Virus record (IMG/VR): IMGVR_UViG_3300032334_000790
Location: 1-40,130 of that record
Reading direction: 5' to 3' (one strand)
Source of the DNA: a virus
Lineage: Duplodnaviria; Caudoviricetes
DNA: 40,130 nucleotides
Below are positions 18,225-28,296 of this stretch, in pieces; position 1 is the stretch's first letter, and the number at the start of each line of letters is the position of its first letter. The notes under the pieces were generated by a model. It did not search any database and had not been told where the DNA came from. It worked only from the letters and a program-made list of their open reading frames with translations. The position numbers were made by a program, and so were the translations under genes.

Positions 18225-18761
18225 ATGTCCTTCATTCTCGACGGGCGGTTTCTCCCGCTTGACACTCCATTTGAACACGATGGCACAAGCTATCCTGCTA
18301 ACTGGCTTAGACTTGCAACACCAGAAGAACGCGCAGCGATTGGCATTACAGAGGTTGTCGAACAGCCAAGGCCGGATGATCGTTTTTTCTGGGTTAGCGG
18401 GCCTAATGACGATGGCTCTTGGACTGCAATTCCAAAAGACCTAGACGGCCTTAAAACAAGCTGGACAGCGCAATTTAAGCAGACAGCTTACACAATGTTG
18501 CTCCCCTCAGATTGGCTCATCATCCGCAAGCAGGAAATCAACACAGACATCCCCGCCGATTGGACAAGCTATCGTGAAGCCGTTCGCACAACGACTGCAT
18601 TAGCCATCAGCGATATGGAAGCGACGACTGACATTGAGGCGTTTATCGCTTCTGTGACCTCGGTTCAGTGGCCGGTTAGCCCAGACAATCAGCCGATAGC
18701 CCAAGCTCCAGAGCAACCTGTAGAGCCAGTAATTTCGCCAGAATTACCTCCCGCACAATAA
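18225..18761 (+). CDS. Tail fibre assembly/chaperone-like protein
   Basis: YPANWLRLA, L.PSDWLIIRK.E, YREAVR; follows fibre. Confidence 0.7.
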   Translation: MSFILDGRFLPLDTPFEHDGTSYPANWLRLATPEERAAIGITEVVEQPRPDDRFFWVSGPNDDGSWTAIPKDLDGLKTSWTAQFKQTAYTMLLPSDWLIIRKQEINTDIPADWTSYREAVRTTTALAISDMEATTDIEAFIASVTSVQWPVSPDNQPIAQAPEQPVEPVISPELPPAQ

Positions 18762-18773
18762 GGTTTCGCTTAT

Positions 18774-19355
18774 ATGCTAGGATTTAGCCCATTAGCAAAA
18801 GCGCCCCTTGCCGCGAATGCGCCAGGAACGCTACTTGCAGCCCTAGCAGCTACAGAAGCTCAAGATACAGCAGCAGTTAATGTTGCGATTACATCTACAC
18901 TTTCGTTAGCCTCAACTGAAGCTCCAGACGTTGCCGCGTTTGTTATGGCTGCTGGTGACGTTGTTGCCTACCTAGCCGCGACAGATGCACAAGACACGGC
19001 ATCCTTTACCGCTATCGCCAGCAATGGGATGGTTCTGGCAGCTACGGAAGCGCCGGACGTTGTTGCAATTAATGTAGAGATGATTTCTGGCGCATATCTG
19101 TTTGTTACAGAAGCGCCTGACACCGTTGCATTCGCTGTCAATAACCAAAACATCTATTTTGATTTAACTGAAGCTCCAGACGTTGCGGCATTCGCAATCA
19201 ATATGTCTGGCACAATGGCTATGGCGGCTACAGAGACGCCAGATAGTTATGCGCAAAAAGCATACATCTTATGGCTTGAGCCAGATCAGCCAGACGACCC
19301 AACAATCTGGGTGCCAAAGAATGACCCCGCACCTTACCTGACGACGGTGATATAA
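18774..19355 (+). CDS. Structural protein with about 21-aa ATEAPD repeats
   Basis: MLGFSPLAKAPLA N-terminus; seven (A/S)TE(A/T)(P/Q)D repeats. Confidence 0.7.
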   Translation: MLGFSPLAKAPLAANAPGTLLAALAATEAQDTAAVNVAITSTLSLASTEAPDVAAFVMAAGDVVAYLAATDAQDTASFTAIASNGMVLAATEAPDVVAINVEMISGAYLFVTEAPDTVAFAVNNQNIYFDLTEAPDVAAFAINMSGTMAMAATETPDSYAQKAYILWLEPDQPDDPTIWVPKNDPAPYLTTVI

Positions 19356-20404
19356 TGGCTAATACATACACCCCGACATACAACCTCATCCAACCAGAGG
19401 TTGGCGCTGATACGAATGCCTGGGGGACGCATATCAATACTGACTTATCAACCGTTGATACGCATATGTTGTCACGCGCTTTGACAACATCACAGACTGC
19501 CGTTGGCCCTATGGTGTTTGGTCAGACATTTCGCGTTAATGGTGCGGTTACATTTGATAGCACATTGCTTGTTACTGGTAATACCACATTATCTGGAACA
19601 TCAGCGCATACTGGCGCTGCAACCTTTGGCTCAACATTAGCTGTTACAGGTGCAACCACTTTATCAAGCACATTAGCTGTTACAGGAGCAGCAACACTAT
19701 CAAGCACCCTAGCTGTAACAGGCGCAACTACGCTTGCCTCTAATGGCTTAAATGTCGGGTCTGGCCAGCTTAATGTTACTGGCGGCAATGTTTCAATGTC
19801 TGGCAATTTGGCTGTTACAGGAACGTCTGCACATACTGGTAACGCTACTTTTACAACCTTGTCAGCATCCGGCGCTGCTACGCTTTCTAGCACCTTAGCG
19901 GTAACTGGTGCGACGACGCTTAACGCAGCAACTACAATAAATCTTGCCTCTGCTGGCGCATTAAACATTAATACGAGCGGAAATCTAAATGGTCTACGCT
20001 TCTATAGCGGCGGCACTATTACAGGCCAGATTGGAGCCAGCACAACATATCCATTCTATGTATCGAATGCAGCCGGAACGGCAATGTTTTACACCGATAC
20101 ATCTGGCAATTTTACTGCTACTGCGAATATCTCAGCTTACTCGGATGCTAAGTTAAAGACTAATGTCAGAACGATAGATGACGCGCTCACATTAGTTGAG
20201 CAGTTAAGAGGCGTCTATTACGATAGAATAGACAGTGGCGAACAGGGTATAGGCGTTATCGCTCAAGAGCTAAGAGGCGTATTCCCGCAAGCAGTTCACG
20301 ATAATGATGGCACCTTATCTGTGTCCTATGGCAATCTAGTAGGCCCACTTATTGAGGCTGTTAAGATATTATCTGATAGAGTTAAAAAGCTAGAGGTTAG
20401 ATAA
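19355..20404 (+). CDS. Tail fibre with C-terminal intramolecular chaperone (peptidase S74)
   Basis: GA(A/T)TLSSTLAVT repeats; YSDAKLKTNV...GVIAQE...LIEAVK. Confidence 0.85.
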   Translation: MANTYTPTYNLIQPEVGADTNAWGTHINTDLSTVDTHMLSRALTTSQTAVGPMVFGQTFRVNGAVTFDSTLLVTGNTTLSGTSAHTGAATFGSTLAVTGATTLSSTLAVTGAATLSSTLAVTGATTLASNGLNVGSGQLNVTGGNVSMSGNLAVTGTSAHTGNATFTTLSASGAATLSSTLAVTGATTLNAATTINLASAGALNINTSGNLNGLRFYSGGTITGQIGASTTYPFYVSNAAGTAMFYTDTSGNFTATANISAYSDAKLKTNVRTIDDALTLVEQLRGVYYDRIDSGEQGIGVIAQELRGVFPQAVHDNDGTLSVSYGNLVGPLIEAVKILSDRVKKLEVR

Positions 20405-21042
20405 TGACCTTACCAACATCTGGCACATTGTCTCTAGATGCAATTCATACCGAGTTTAATCTTGGTAGAAATCTAGGAGCCTATCGCGGTGTCAAATGGT
20501 TTAGGGATGATAATACTAGAGGGTTTTTTGATAATAGTGCTACGGGTAATTTCCCGCCAATCGACTTTTCTGAGTTTTATGGCAAGCGACCACTTAGCAG
20601 CATTTCTGTCCCAGTTGGCCAAGTCACTACATATACAGGCGCAGGAACATATAGTTTTTCAGTGAACTTTTTTTACAATACGCTGTTTATTGAAGTTCGT
20701 GGCGGCAATGGAACTGATGGTCAAGACGGTTACAGTCAAAACGAATTGCAATTCGATTTTAGCGGCAAACCCTTTATCGGCCCTAAATGGTATAACGGCG
20801 CAGACGGCGTTGCTGGCACAGCTTCATCTTTCGGTAGCTGGATATCTGGAGCGGGTGGCGCTGGTGGCGCTGGAGCTACCGGCTCTGGCGGTTTTGGCAA
20901 AACGAGTGGCCAGCCTGGCACATACAACTCAACCACTATTAACGCAGAAACTAATTCATCAGCCCCATTAAAAGGCTCAAGCGTTAGTTGTATAGTGGGT
21001 GGCGGCTCTGGGGCATATGTTCGCATAACGGTGCAATCCTAA
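20404..21042 (+). CDS. Gly-rich fibre-tip adhesin-like protein
   Basis: MTLPTSGTLSL..I..EF N-terminus and GAGG repeats, following an S74 fibre. Confidence 0.7.
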   Translation: MTLPTSGTLSLDAIHTEFNLGRNLGAYRGVKWFRDDNTRGFFDNSATGNFPPIDFSEFYGKRPLSSISVPVGQVTTYTGAGTYSFSVNFFYNTLFIEVRGGNGTDGQDGYSQNELQFDFSGKPFIGPKWYNGADGVAGTASSFGSWISGAGGAGGAGATGSGGFGKTSGQPGTYNSTTINAETNSSAPLKGSSVSCIVGGGSGAYVRITVQS

Positions 21043-22859
21043 TGACATTTGTTCCTATTAAATTCCCGCCTGGCGTTATTCGTCAAGCTACGCCGTACGA
21101 TACGGCAAATGTCTGGTGGGATACATCAAATGTGCGTTGGCTGTCTGGCGCCCTAATGCCTATTGGTGGAAGCACACGTATTTCTTCCGACCCGCTACCA
21201 TCTAAGGTTAGAACGCTTTTTCAGTGGCGTGATAATGCTTCTAGAGAATGGACGGCAGTAGGACACGAAAGCGGCGTAAGTGTCCTCTTTGGGTCGCTAA
21301 CTGACGTCACGCCAGCTGGCTTTCTGGGTATGTCAGGTGTTGCTGGTGGCGGTTATGGTTCTCTTGATTGGGGAACGGACGTTAGCCCAATATCAGACCC
21401 TTCTGGAACCACAATTGCCTCATCTGCTATTGTTACGATTACTAATGCATCACCGGCAGTTATAACCTGGACTGATCACGGATTAACGTCTGACGACGTT
21501 GTAAGGTTTACAACAACTGGTGCATTGCCTAGCGGTTTAGTTGTTGGAACGTCATACTATGTCATACCTGTAACAACAGACACGTTTAGAGTTTGCCTTG
21601 CATCTAGTGGTAAAAACGGCGCAGCAATTAATACAACGACTGCTGGCTCTGGTGTTCACACTGCTAACTGGATTGTTGGTCAGGATAATTACGGCAGACA
21701 ACGTAGTTCTAACCCGCCAATTTTCCGCAAACCCGACCATTGGTCATTTGCTTCATTTGGTGAGGATCTTTTAGGCGTCTGTTCATCTGATGGCAGGTTA
21801 TTGCATCTAACACCTACCACTGGCGTTGTTCCTAAGATGGATGTTCCATCTAACGCCCCTACAGGCAACTACGCTATGGCCGTTACTGCGGAACGTGCCG
21901 TGATGTTAATGGGTGTTGGCGGAAACCCTAGACGTGTTCAATGGTCTGATTTTGAGAATTATAATAGTTGGACGCCTACATCTACTAATCAAACAGGATT
22001 TATTGATCTTGAAGCATCGTCGCCAATTATTACCGGCGTGCGTGTTAAGGAAGGCATTTTAGTTTTAACGCAACATGAATGTTTTCTTGTTCGCTATGTT
22101 GGTGCTCCTTATTATTACGGTGTTGAAAAACTAGGATCAACGACATTCTCTGCCCCTTGTGCAATTTCTTCCGGCGGCTCTTACACAGTTTGGTTTGGTG
22201 AGGAAGGTTTCTGGGTCTACTCAGGCGGCGCAATTCGCCTTCTTGATTGCCCGATGTTTGGCGATATCAAACAAAACTACGACCCATTGTATGGGAACTA
22301 TCGTTCTCACATGCATGAAAACGGGGCGTTCCCAGAGTTTTGGTTTGACTATCCCGATATTAATGCACCTGACGGTGAGCCAAACCAGTATGTCATATGG
22401 AACTATTCAGATAATATCTGGATACGTGGGCAGCGAAACGTAACAGCGGCAATTGGTGCTATCACTGCTAATTATCCAGTAGCAGCTAAAATAGATAACA
22501 ACATCTATCAGATGGAAGACGGCTGGACGGATGACGGCACATCTAGAGTTGGTAATGTTTGGGCTGAGACATCTGTTTTAGATTTCGGCCAGGGCGATAG
22601 CTACATTGAATTAAACCAAGCACTGGTAGCTAGTGACCCAGATAGCGACGTTAATAACTATCAGATTAGATTTTATTCCAGATACGCGCCTAATCAGTCA
22701 GAGGCGACTTTTGGCCCTTATGTTCCGAGGTCTGACGGCTATACAGATACAAGGGTATCCGGCAGAGATATCCGCTTAAGAGTTGAAGCTACGAATGACG
22801 ATTACTGGAGCTTAGGTCAAATCCGTTTTGACGTGCAGAAGAATGGTGGCCGCCGATGA
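21042..22859 (+). CDS. Tail tubular protein B / DNA stabilisation (nozzle) protein
   Basis: PIKFPPGV, NVRW, VQWSDFEN..W.P; beta-propeller-like; ATG at 21042. Confidence 0.8.
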   Translation: MTFVPIKFPPGVIRQATPYDTANVWWDTSNVRWLSGALMPIGGSTRISSDPLPSKVRTLFQWRDNASREWTAVGHESGVSVLFGSLTDVTPAGFLGMSGVAGGGYGSLDWGTDVSPISDPSGTTIASSAIVTITNASPAVITWTDHGLTSDDVVRFTTTGALPSGLVVGTSYYVIPVTTDTFRVCLASSGKNGAAINTTTAGSGVHTANWIVGQDNYGRQRSSNPPIFRKPDHWSFASFGEDLLGVCSSDGRLLHLTPTTGVVPKMDVPSNAPTGNYAMAVTAERAVMLMGVGGNPRRVQWSDFENYNSWTPTSTNQTGFIDLEASSPIITGVRVKEGILVLTQHECFLVRYVGAPYYYGVEKLGSTTFSAPCAISSGGSYTVWFGEEGFWVYSGGAIRLLDCPMFGDIKQNYDPLYGNYRSHMHENGAFPEFWFDYPDINAPDGEPNQYVIWNYSDNIWIRGQRNVTAAIGAITANYPVAAKIDNNIYQMEDGWTDDGTSRVGNVWAETSVLDFGQGDSYIELNQALVASDPDSDVNNYQIRFYSRYAPNQSEATFGPYVPRSDGYTDTRVSGRDIRLRVEATNDDYWSLGQIRFDVQKNGGRR

Positions 22860-23098
22860 GTGTCCCATTACCGCAGCCATCCTTTGGCACAGTTCCTAGA
22901 CAATATGACCCAGGTTATTTCTCAGCATTTATGTCGCTACTGTCTAGACGCTTAAGTCTATTAGCTGGCCCAAACATTGTGCAGCAGCAAATATTACTAC
23001 AGGCTCCTAATGGGACTGTGTATGAGGTGACGGTTAATAACTCTGGTGTGATTACCACAGCTGTAGCAACGCGTGGCGATGTTCCACCACCAATCTGA
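22856..23098 (+). CDS. Small tail protein
   Basis: LQAPNGTVYEVTVNNSGVI motif; coupled start. Confidence 0.65.
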   Translation: MSVPLPQPSFGTVPRQYDPGYFSAFMSLLSRRLSLLAGPNIVQQQILLQAPNGTVYEVTVNNSGVITTAVATRGDVPPPI

Positions 23099-23447
23099 GT
23101 TAGAAAAACGCTTAAAAAGAGCGTTAGCTCTTGGTGGCAACACACATACGATAGATGATATCTACCAAGCAATAGCTTGCGGAACAATGCAATGTTTCGT
23201 TAATGGCGACAGCTTTGCAATTACAGAAGTAATCAATGCGCCTCAGAAACGCTTTTTAAATGTGTTTCTAGTTGTAGGCGATCTTAGTATTTTAGAGCTG
23301 CATGATGATGTCGAAGCCTTCGCTAAACAAGCTGGCTGCGAATTTATGCAAGCCTATGGGCGTCCAGGTTGGAAGCCAAAAATTAAATCTCTCGGATGGG
23401 AACCAGATCGGATTGTGTTCCGACGCAAGATAGGACAAAGCCAATGA
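23073..23447 (+). CDS. GNAT-like internal virion assembly protein
   Basis: TEVI, AKQAGC, GRPGW motif; precedes ejection proteins. Confidence 0.7.
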   Translation: MAMFHHQSELEKRLKRALALGGNTHTIDDIYQAIACGTMQCFVNGDSFAITEVINAPQKRFLNVFLVVGDLSILELHDDVEAFAKQAGCEFMQAYGRPGWKPKIKSLGWEPDRIVFRRKIGQSQ

Positions 23448-24658
23448 GTGGAGGAGGAAGCTCTCAGCCTCAAATAATGATGATGCCGCAGCAACAGCAG
23501 GCAACAACCACAAATCAGTTGCCATCTTGGGTGCAGCAGGCAGGTCAAGAAAATTATAATCTTGCCAAGCAAATAGGTCAGCAGCAGATGGGGCAGTATT
23601 ACACTGGCCCGCGTGTAGCTGATATGAATCAAGGCCAGCTTAACGCTATTAACTCTCTGAACAATAACGTCGGCTCATATGATCCTGCGTTTAATAGCGC
23701 TATGGGAACGGCGAATAATCTGCAAGGGTTTACGCCTAACCAGATTAACGCTCAGTCTTTAGCTGGCACTAATCTGAATCCATATATGAACCCATATACC
23801 AACAATGTAATTAATTCATCTATGGCGGTATTGGATCAGCAGCGTCAAAACAACTTGAATACTAACCGTGATCAGGCGATTGCCTCTAAGGCTTTTGGTG
23901 GATCACGTCAGGCAATTCAAGATGCTATAACTAATTCTCAGTATGGTTTGCAGGGCGCTAATATGGCGGCAAACCTTTATAACCAGAATTTCCTGAATGC
24001 TCAGAATGCAGCTAATCAGGATATCGCCAATAACATGCAATCTCAGCTTGCTAATCAAAATGCTGGATTGCAAGGCGCTAATCTTAATCTGAATGCTGCT
24101 AATCAGCTAGGTAACTTAGCCTCTAGCCAGCAGCAAAATTACTTAAATGCTCAGAATGCGGCGTTAGCTGGAAGTGGCATGCTTCAGCAACAACAACAAA
24201 ATCAGCTCGGAGCTGCGCAGCAACAATTTGCTGATATGCAGCAAAGCTATATTAATCCGCTTAACATGCAAATCTCAGCCTTGGCTAATACGCCATACAA
24301 TACGTCAAGTAGCACTAATTCATCGGGCTTTACGTCTCAGCTCTATCAGCCAACATCAAGCAGCGCGCTTATGTCTGGGCTAGGTGGCGCTCTTGGTGGC
24401 TTGGGCGCTCTTGGTAAGTTCATGTCTGATGAAGACGAAAAGATGAACGTCAAGAAGCTCGGCAAAGATCCCATCACTGGCATTCCAATGTATGCCTATG
24501 ACTATAAGGACGATGTTGACGAAGCCAAGGAAGAGGGGAAACCAATGCCGCCAAAGCGCGTTGGCCCTATGGCTCAAGATATTGAAGAAGTTGCGCCAAG
24601 TAAGGTGCGTAAAGTTGGCGGCAAAAAAATCGTTAATCTTGGCTTTGGACGTGGCTGA
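23444..24658 (+). CDS. DNA ejection/pilot protein with C-terminal S74-like domain
   Basis: MSGGG start; Q/N-rich; YMNPY, AFGGSR; C-terminal SDEDEKMNVKKLG...YAYDYK...GPMAQDIE. Confidence 0.75.
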   Translation: MSGGGSSQPQIMMMPQQQQATTTNQLPSWVQQAGQENYNLAKQIGQQQMGQYYTGPRVADMNQGQLNAINSLNNNVGSYDPAFNSAMGTANNLQGFTPNQINAQSLAGTNLNPYMNPYTNNVINSSMAVLDQQRQNNLNTNRDQAIASKAFGGSRQAIQDAITNSQYGLQGANMAANLYNQNFLNAQNAANQDIANNMQSQLANQNAGLQGANLNLNAANQLGNLASSQQQNYLNAQNAALAGSGMLQQQQQNQLGAAQQQFADMQQSYINPLNMQISALANTPYNTSSSTNSSGFTSQLYQPTSSSALMSGLGGALGGLGALGKFMSDEDEKMNVKKLGKDPITGIPMYAYDYKDDVDEAKEEGKPMPPKRVGPMAQDIEEVAPSKVRKVGGKKIVNLGFGRG

Positions 24659-25341
24659 TGAAGCTAACACCGGCAGATATTGAATATCTTCGCAAGGCTG
24701 CGGCTAGGGATAATTACAACCCTAACGATGCTTTAAAAGTATTTGACTATGAAAGCTCCAATCGTCCTGATGTATGGGGCGGTAAGGATAAGAAATACTT
24801 TGGAATATTCCAGGCTGGCAATTCAGAGCGTAAACAGTTCGGCATAGATACCAAACATCCTAATGCTCAGAACCAGATAGATGCGTTTGGCAAGTTCCTT
24901 GCTGCCCGTGGCTATAAGCCAGGTATGGGCCTGTTGGATATGTATTCGACAGTTCTTGCAGGTTCGCCCGGTCATTATAACGCCAAGGATATGAATGGCA
25001 GCGTTCTAAGCCATGTTGCTAAAATGACTGGCAAGGATGCGCCAGAAATATCATCAACTGATAAAAAAGCCCTTACAGGTCTTTTAAATAGCATCTCAAG
25101 CAATGATGAAGAAGATCCTGATTTAGAGGCTTCTTTATCTTATGCGCCTCAAAGCGCTCTTGGCGATCAAGATCAAGCAGGAATTGATTACGAAAAGATG
25201 GCGACTTCTCTGTTGGCTCCACAACAAGAGCAAGAAGCCTATCAGCCTACGCCGATGATGCCGATACAGCATTTAAATAATCCTCGCCAGCTACCTAATT
25301 TGGCTCTCATGAAACTGCGTCAGCGCGGCTTACTAGGATAA
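24658..25341 (+). CDS. Virion-associated lytic transglycosylase-like ejection protein
   Basis: YES...YFGIFQ lysozyme-fold motifs; GLL motifs. Confidence 0.6.
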   Translation: MKLTPADIEYLRKAAARDNYNPNDALKVFDYESSNRPDVWGGKDKKYFGIFQAGNSERKQFGIDTKHPNAQNQIDAFGKFLAARGYKPGMGLLDMYSTVLAGSPGHYNAKDMNGSVLSHVAKMTGKDAPEISSTDKKALTGLLNSISSNDEEDPDLEASLSYAPQSALGDQDQAGIDYEKMATSLLAPQQEQEAYQPTPMMPIQHLNNPRQLPNLALMKLRQRGLLG

Positions 25342-25346
25342 CAACC

Positions 25347-25841
25347 ATGGATCAGAATTTCGGCCCTATGGATTGGGAACAGCTTCTTGCGCGTATTCCT
25401 TCAATGCAAAGCGCTCCTGCTTTAGCTGACGTTCTTGGTATTCGTAAAAAAGCTCATGCTCAAGAAGCGCCGCCTATGATGTCTCAGGGCTATGGTTCAC
25501 TACCAACTCCTGCACCTGCACCAGCGCCTCCACCACAAATGCCGCCGCAACAACCAGCAACTCCGGTTCATCATATGTCTAAATACGATGATCCTGTAGA
25601 TCCATCGGTCTTGGCAAGCGCTGATCGTGTTTCTTCTGGTTGGAATGGTGAGTTTTCCCGTCCTGAAATGTCTCGCTATAGCGATTTAAATACTAGCGGC
25701 TTTGGGAATATCGGCGGCTTATTATTTGGCAAGGATTCCTTGCGCGGTGGAACTGCATACGATGAAGACGGCAACTTCCGTGGCATGTTCCCTATGGCCA
25801 AGGGCCTACTTTCTAAAATCTTCGATACTGAGGGATACTAA
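25347..25841 (+). CDS. Pro-rich probable internal virion protein
   Basis: Position within the ejection cluster. Confidence 0.6.
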   Translation: MDQNFGPMDWEQLLARIPSMQSAPALADVLGIRKKAHAQEAPPMMSQGYGSLPTPAPAPAPPPQMPPQQPATPVHHMSKYDDPVDPSVLASADRVSSGWNGEFSRPEMSRYSDLNTSGFGNIGGLLFGKDSLRGGTAYDEDGNFRGMFPMAKGLLSKIFDTEGY

Positions 25842-25843
25842 TA

Positions 25844-26914
25844 ATGGCTGGTTTATTTGGCTTAGAATCTCTGCTTGGCGGTGGCGATAAAAATGCGATT
25901 AATCAGACTTATGGCGTTCCACAGGGGATCGTAGATAATTCGAACTACGATTCAATGATTGGTCTTGGCGGCTTGCTTATGGCTGCTGGCCAACGTCAGA
26001 CGCCACAGCAACGAGCTCAGATGCTCAGCCAGCTTGGCAATGCTGTATCAGCGGGTGATCGTAGTCTCTACACTGGCGCTCAGTCTTATCTGATGGGTAA
26101 AAAATACCAAGATGAAGCCGGTATGTCTGCTCTAAGAAAGAAATATTTAGAAGCTCAGACAAATCATCTAGCAGGTAAGGGAACCGGGCATTGGGCGTCT
26201 CAGGAAGAATTGCCACCTGGCTATGATGGTAAGAACCCTATCTGGATTGGTGAAGACGGGCCTAAAGCTGTTGGCTCCGGCGGAACAACGATTAACAATG
26301 TCGCTAATCCAATTGTTAAGGGCGTAGGGGAGCAATTTGCCGACAGCATAGATAAAGCTAAAACGGCTGTAGGAACGATTAGATCAATCAATGCTGCTAG
26401 AGAGCAGCTTGATATGCCTGGCGGTATTACAACCGGATTGGGCGCTAATGCTCAGCTTGATTTTAAAAAGGCTGCGTCATTATTTGGCGCTGATCCTGCA
26501 CAGGTTACAAATACGGAGAGCTTTAGAGCCGCTATTAAGCCTATCGTTTTGGCGAACGTTAAAGCTCTTGGCGCTGGCAACGCTATCTCAAACGCAGACC
26601 GTGAGTTTGTTGAGAAAGCTATTGGCGGCGATATTAATCTGGATGAAAGTTCAATCCGGCGCATTCTGGATATTAATGAAAGAGCGGCTAGGTTCACTAT
26701 TGAAAACCACAATAAGACCGCCGAAAAAATGCTAAAGACAACGCCTGAATTATCTCAAATGGCTCCGTTGATTACGATTGATATGCCTGAAGCGTATCAG
26801 AGGAAACAGTCTGATCCATTAGCTGCTGCAAGAGCGGCTATTCAGGCTGGCGCTGATCGTCAGGCAGTAGTTAATCGCCTTCTTAAATCTGGTATAAATC
26901 CAAAGGGACTCTAA
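25844..26914 (+). CDS. Probable DNA ejection protein
   Basis: Helical Gly/Ala-rich; GAGNAISNADREF motif. Confidence 0.7.
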   Translation: MAGLFGLESLLGGGDKNAINQTYGVPQGIVDNSNYDSMIGLGGLLMAAGQRQTPQQRAQMLSQLGNAVSAGDRSLYTGAQSYLMGKKYQDEAGMSALRKKYLEAQTNHLAGKGTGHWASQEELPPGYDGKNPIWIGEDGPKAVGSGGTTINNVANPIVKGVGEQFADSIDKAKTAVGTIRSINAAREQLDMPGGITTGLGANAQLDFKKAASLFGADPAQVTNTESFRAAIKPIVLANVKALGAGNAISNADREFVEKAIGGDINLDESSIRRILDINERAARFTIENHNKTAEKMLKTTPELSQMAPLITIDMPEAYQRKQSDPLAAARAAIQAGADRQAVVNRLLKSGINPKGL

Positions 26915-28188
26915 TGCCCGATATTTCATTTGATGATCTTATCCCGAAAAAGAACAAAAATTCGGGCCTGTCATTTGATGACTTGATACCTCAGCAAAAG
27001 CAGAAGTCAGCGCCTTATAGTGTCTTGCCTGTAAGCGAGGATGAAAGAGGCGTTCCTCGCTTTGATAGCAATGCTGGCATATTTGGAGCTATCAAGCGCG
27101 CTGTTACCTTGCCCGGCGATGTTGTTACTGGCCGAGTAGATCCGATGAGCGAAGAGGGTATTTCTAGGGCTACTGATCTAGCAGAAATAGCTTCGCCTGT
27201 AAGTGCTGCTGCCAAAACGATGCGTCCTGGGTTGGTCAAAACGCCTACCAAAGATGAATTATTAAATGCTGGCAGAACAGGCTTTGATAAAGCTAGGGAT
27301 ATGGGCGTAGATTATTCGTCCAATTCAATAAAAGATTTTGCTGCTACTTTGCAAAGACAATTAGAAGCTGACGGAATATTAGAGCACGACGCTCCAAAAA
27401 CGACAGTGCTTTTGAATAATTTACAATCACCCCCGCCAGATAGTGTTGTTCCAATGTCTGCAATGATGTCATTGCGCAAGAACCTTGGCCGTAAGATGCG
27501 GGACTTTAATAATCCTACGGAGCAAGAGGCAGCGGGCAGGGCTCAAAGCTCACTTGATGATTTTATGGCTAATCCTTCGCCACAAAGCATTGTCTCCGGC
27601 CCAGGTCAGGAAGCCACTCAGATTTTCAGAGATGCTAGAGGCAATTATGCGGCAGGTAAGCGAGCCAGAACGCTGGACGATGCAGATTATAGAGGTGATC
27701 TAAACGCTGCTACCGCTAACTCAGGAATGAATGTTGATAATGCTATTCGCCAGCAGGCTAAATCGCTTCTTCTAAATCCTAAAAAATTAGCAGGTTTTTC
27801 TAAAGAAGAAATAGCCGCGTTAGAAGATGTTGCTAAGGGAGATACTACAAGAAACTCTCTTCGTAAAATTGGAAATATACTTGGTGGGGGTGGCGGTCTA
27901 GCTAGTATGGTTGGCGGTCTTACAGGTGGTGCGGCTGGCGCATACTTTGGGAGCCCTGCTGCTGGAGCTCTTTTAGGCGCAGCGGTTCCTACAGCGGGTA
28001 TGGCGGCTAAGACTGGCGCTAACATGCTTGCTGAACGGGCAATGAGCAACGTCAATAATACGGTTCGTCAGCGCTCGCCTCTTTACAATTCTCTATTACA
28101 ACAGACGCCGGGGCGTCCTATTTCCCCGAACTTACGCAGTCTGCCTATGCGCGGTTTGCTTTTAGGTCTGCCTCCCGACCAAATCTAA
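26914..28188 (+). CDS. Probable DNA ejection protein
   Basis: Two N-terminal SFDDLIP repeats; Gly-rich hydrophobic C-terminal segment. Confidence 0.7.
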   Translation: MPDISFDDLIPKKNKNSGLSFDDLIPQQKQKSAPYSVLPVSEDERGVPRFDSNAGIFGAIKRAVTLPGDVVTGRVDPMSEEGISRATDLAEIASPVSAAAKTMRPGLVKTPTKDELLNAGRTGFDKARDMGVDYSSNSIKDFAATLQRQLEADGILEHDAPKTTVLLNNLQSPPPDSVVPMSAMMSLRKNLGRKMRDFNNPTEQEAAGRAQSSLDDFMANPSPQSIVSGPGQEATQIFRDARGNYAAGKRARTLDDADYRGDLNAATANSGMNVDNAIRQQAKSLLLNPKKLAGFSKEEIAALEDVAKGDTTRNSLRKIGNILGGGGGLASMVGGLTGGAAGAYFGSPAAGALLGAAVPTAGMAAKTGANMLAERAMSNVNNTVRQRSPLYNSLLQQTPGRPISPNLRSLPMRGLLLGLPPDQI

Positions 28189-28296
28189 GCAGTTATATCG
28201 TAGTTATATTTAACCGTATCGCTTTGGCGATGGCGGCGATGGCGCTTGTGTGCCGAATCTGTCTCGTAAAAACATCAAAACAATCATGAGCTTTCT

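Noticed and set aside
14045-21042. Diversity-generating retroelement or invertible fibre cassette
   Set aside because: No reverse transcriptase or invertase, and no TR/VR pair seen; repeats are synonymous-diverged protein repeats
13629-28055. Long antisense ORFs (e.g. 13629-14009, 14407-14769, 19522-19968, 27687-28055)
   Set aside because: Shadows of Gly/Thr/Ala-rich sense genes; no RBS or independent motifs
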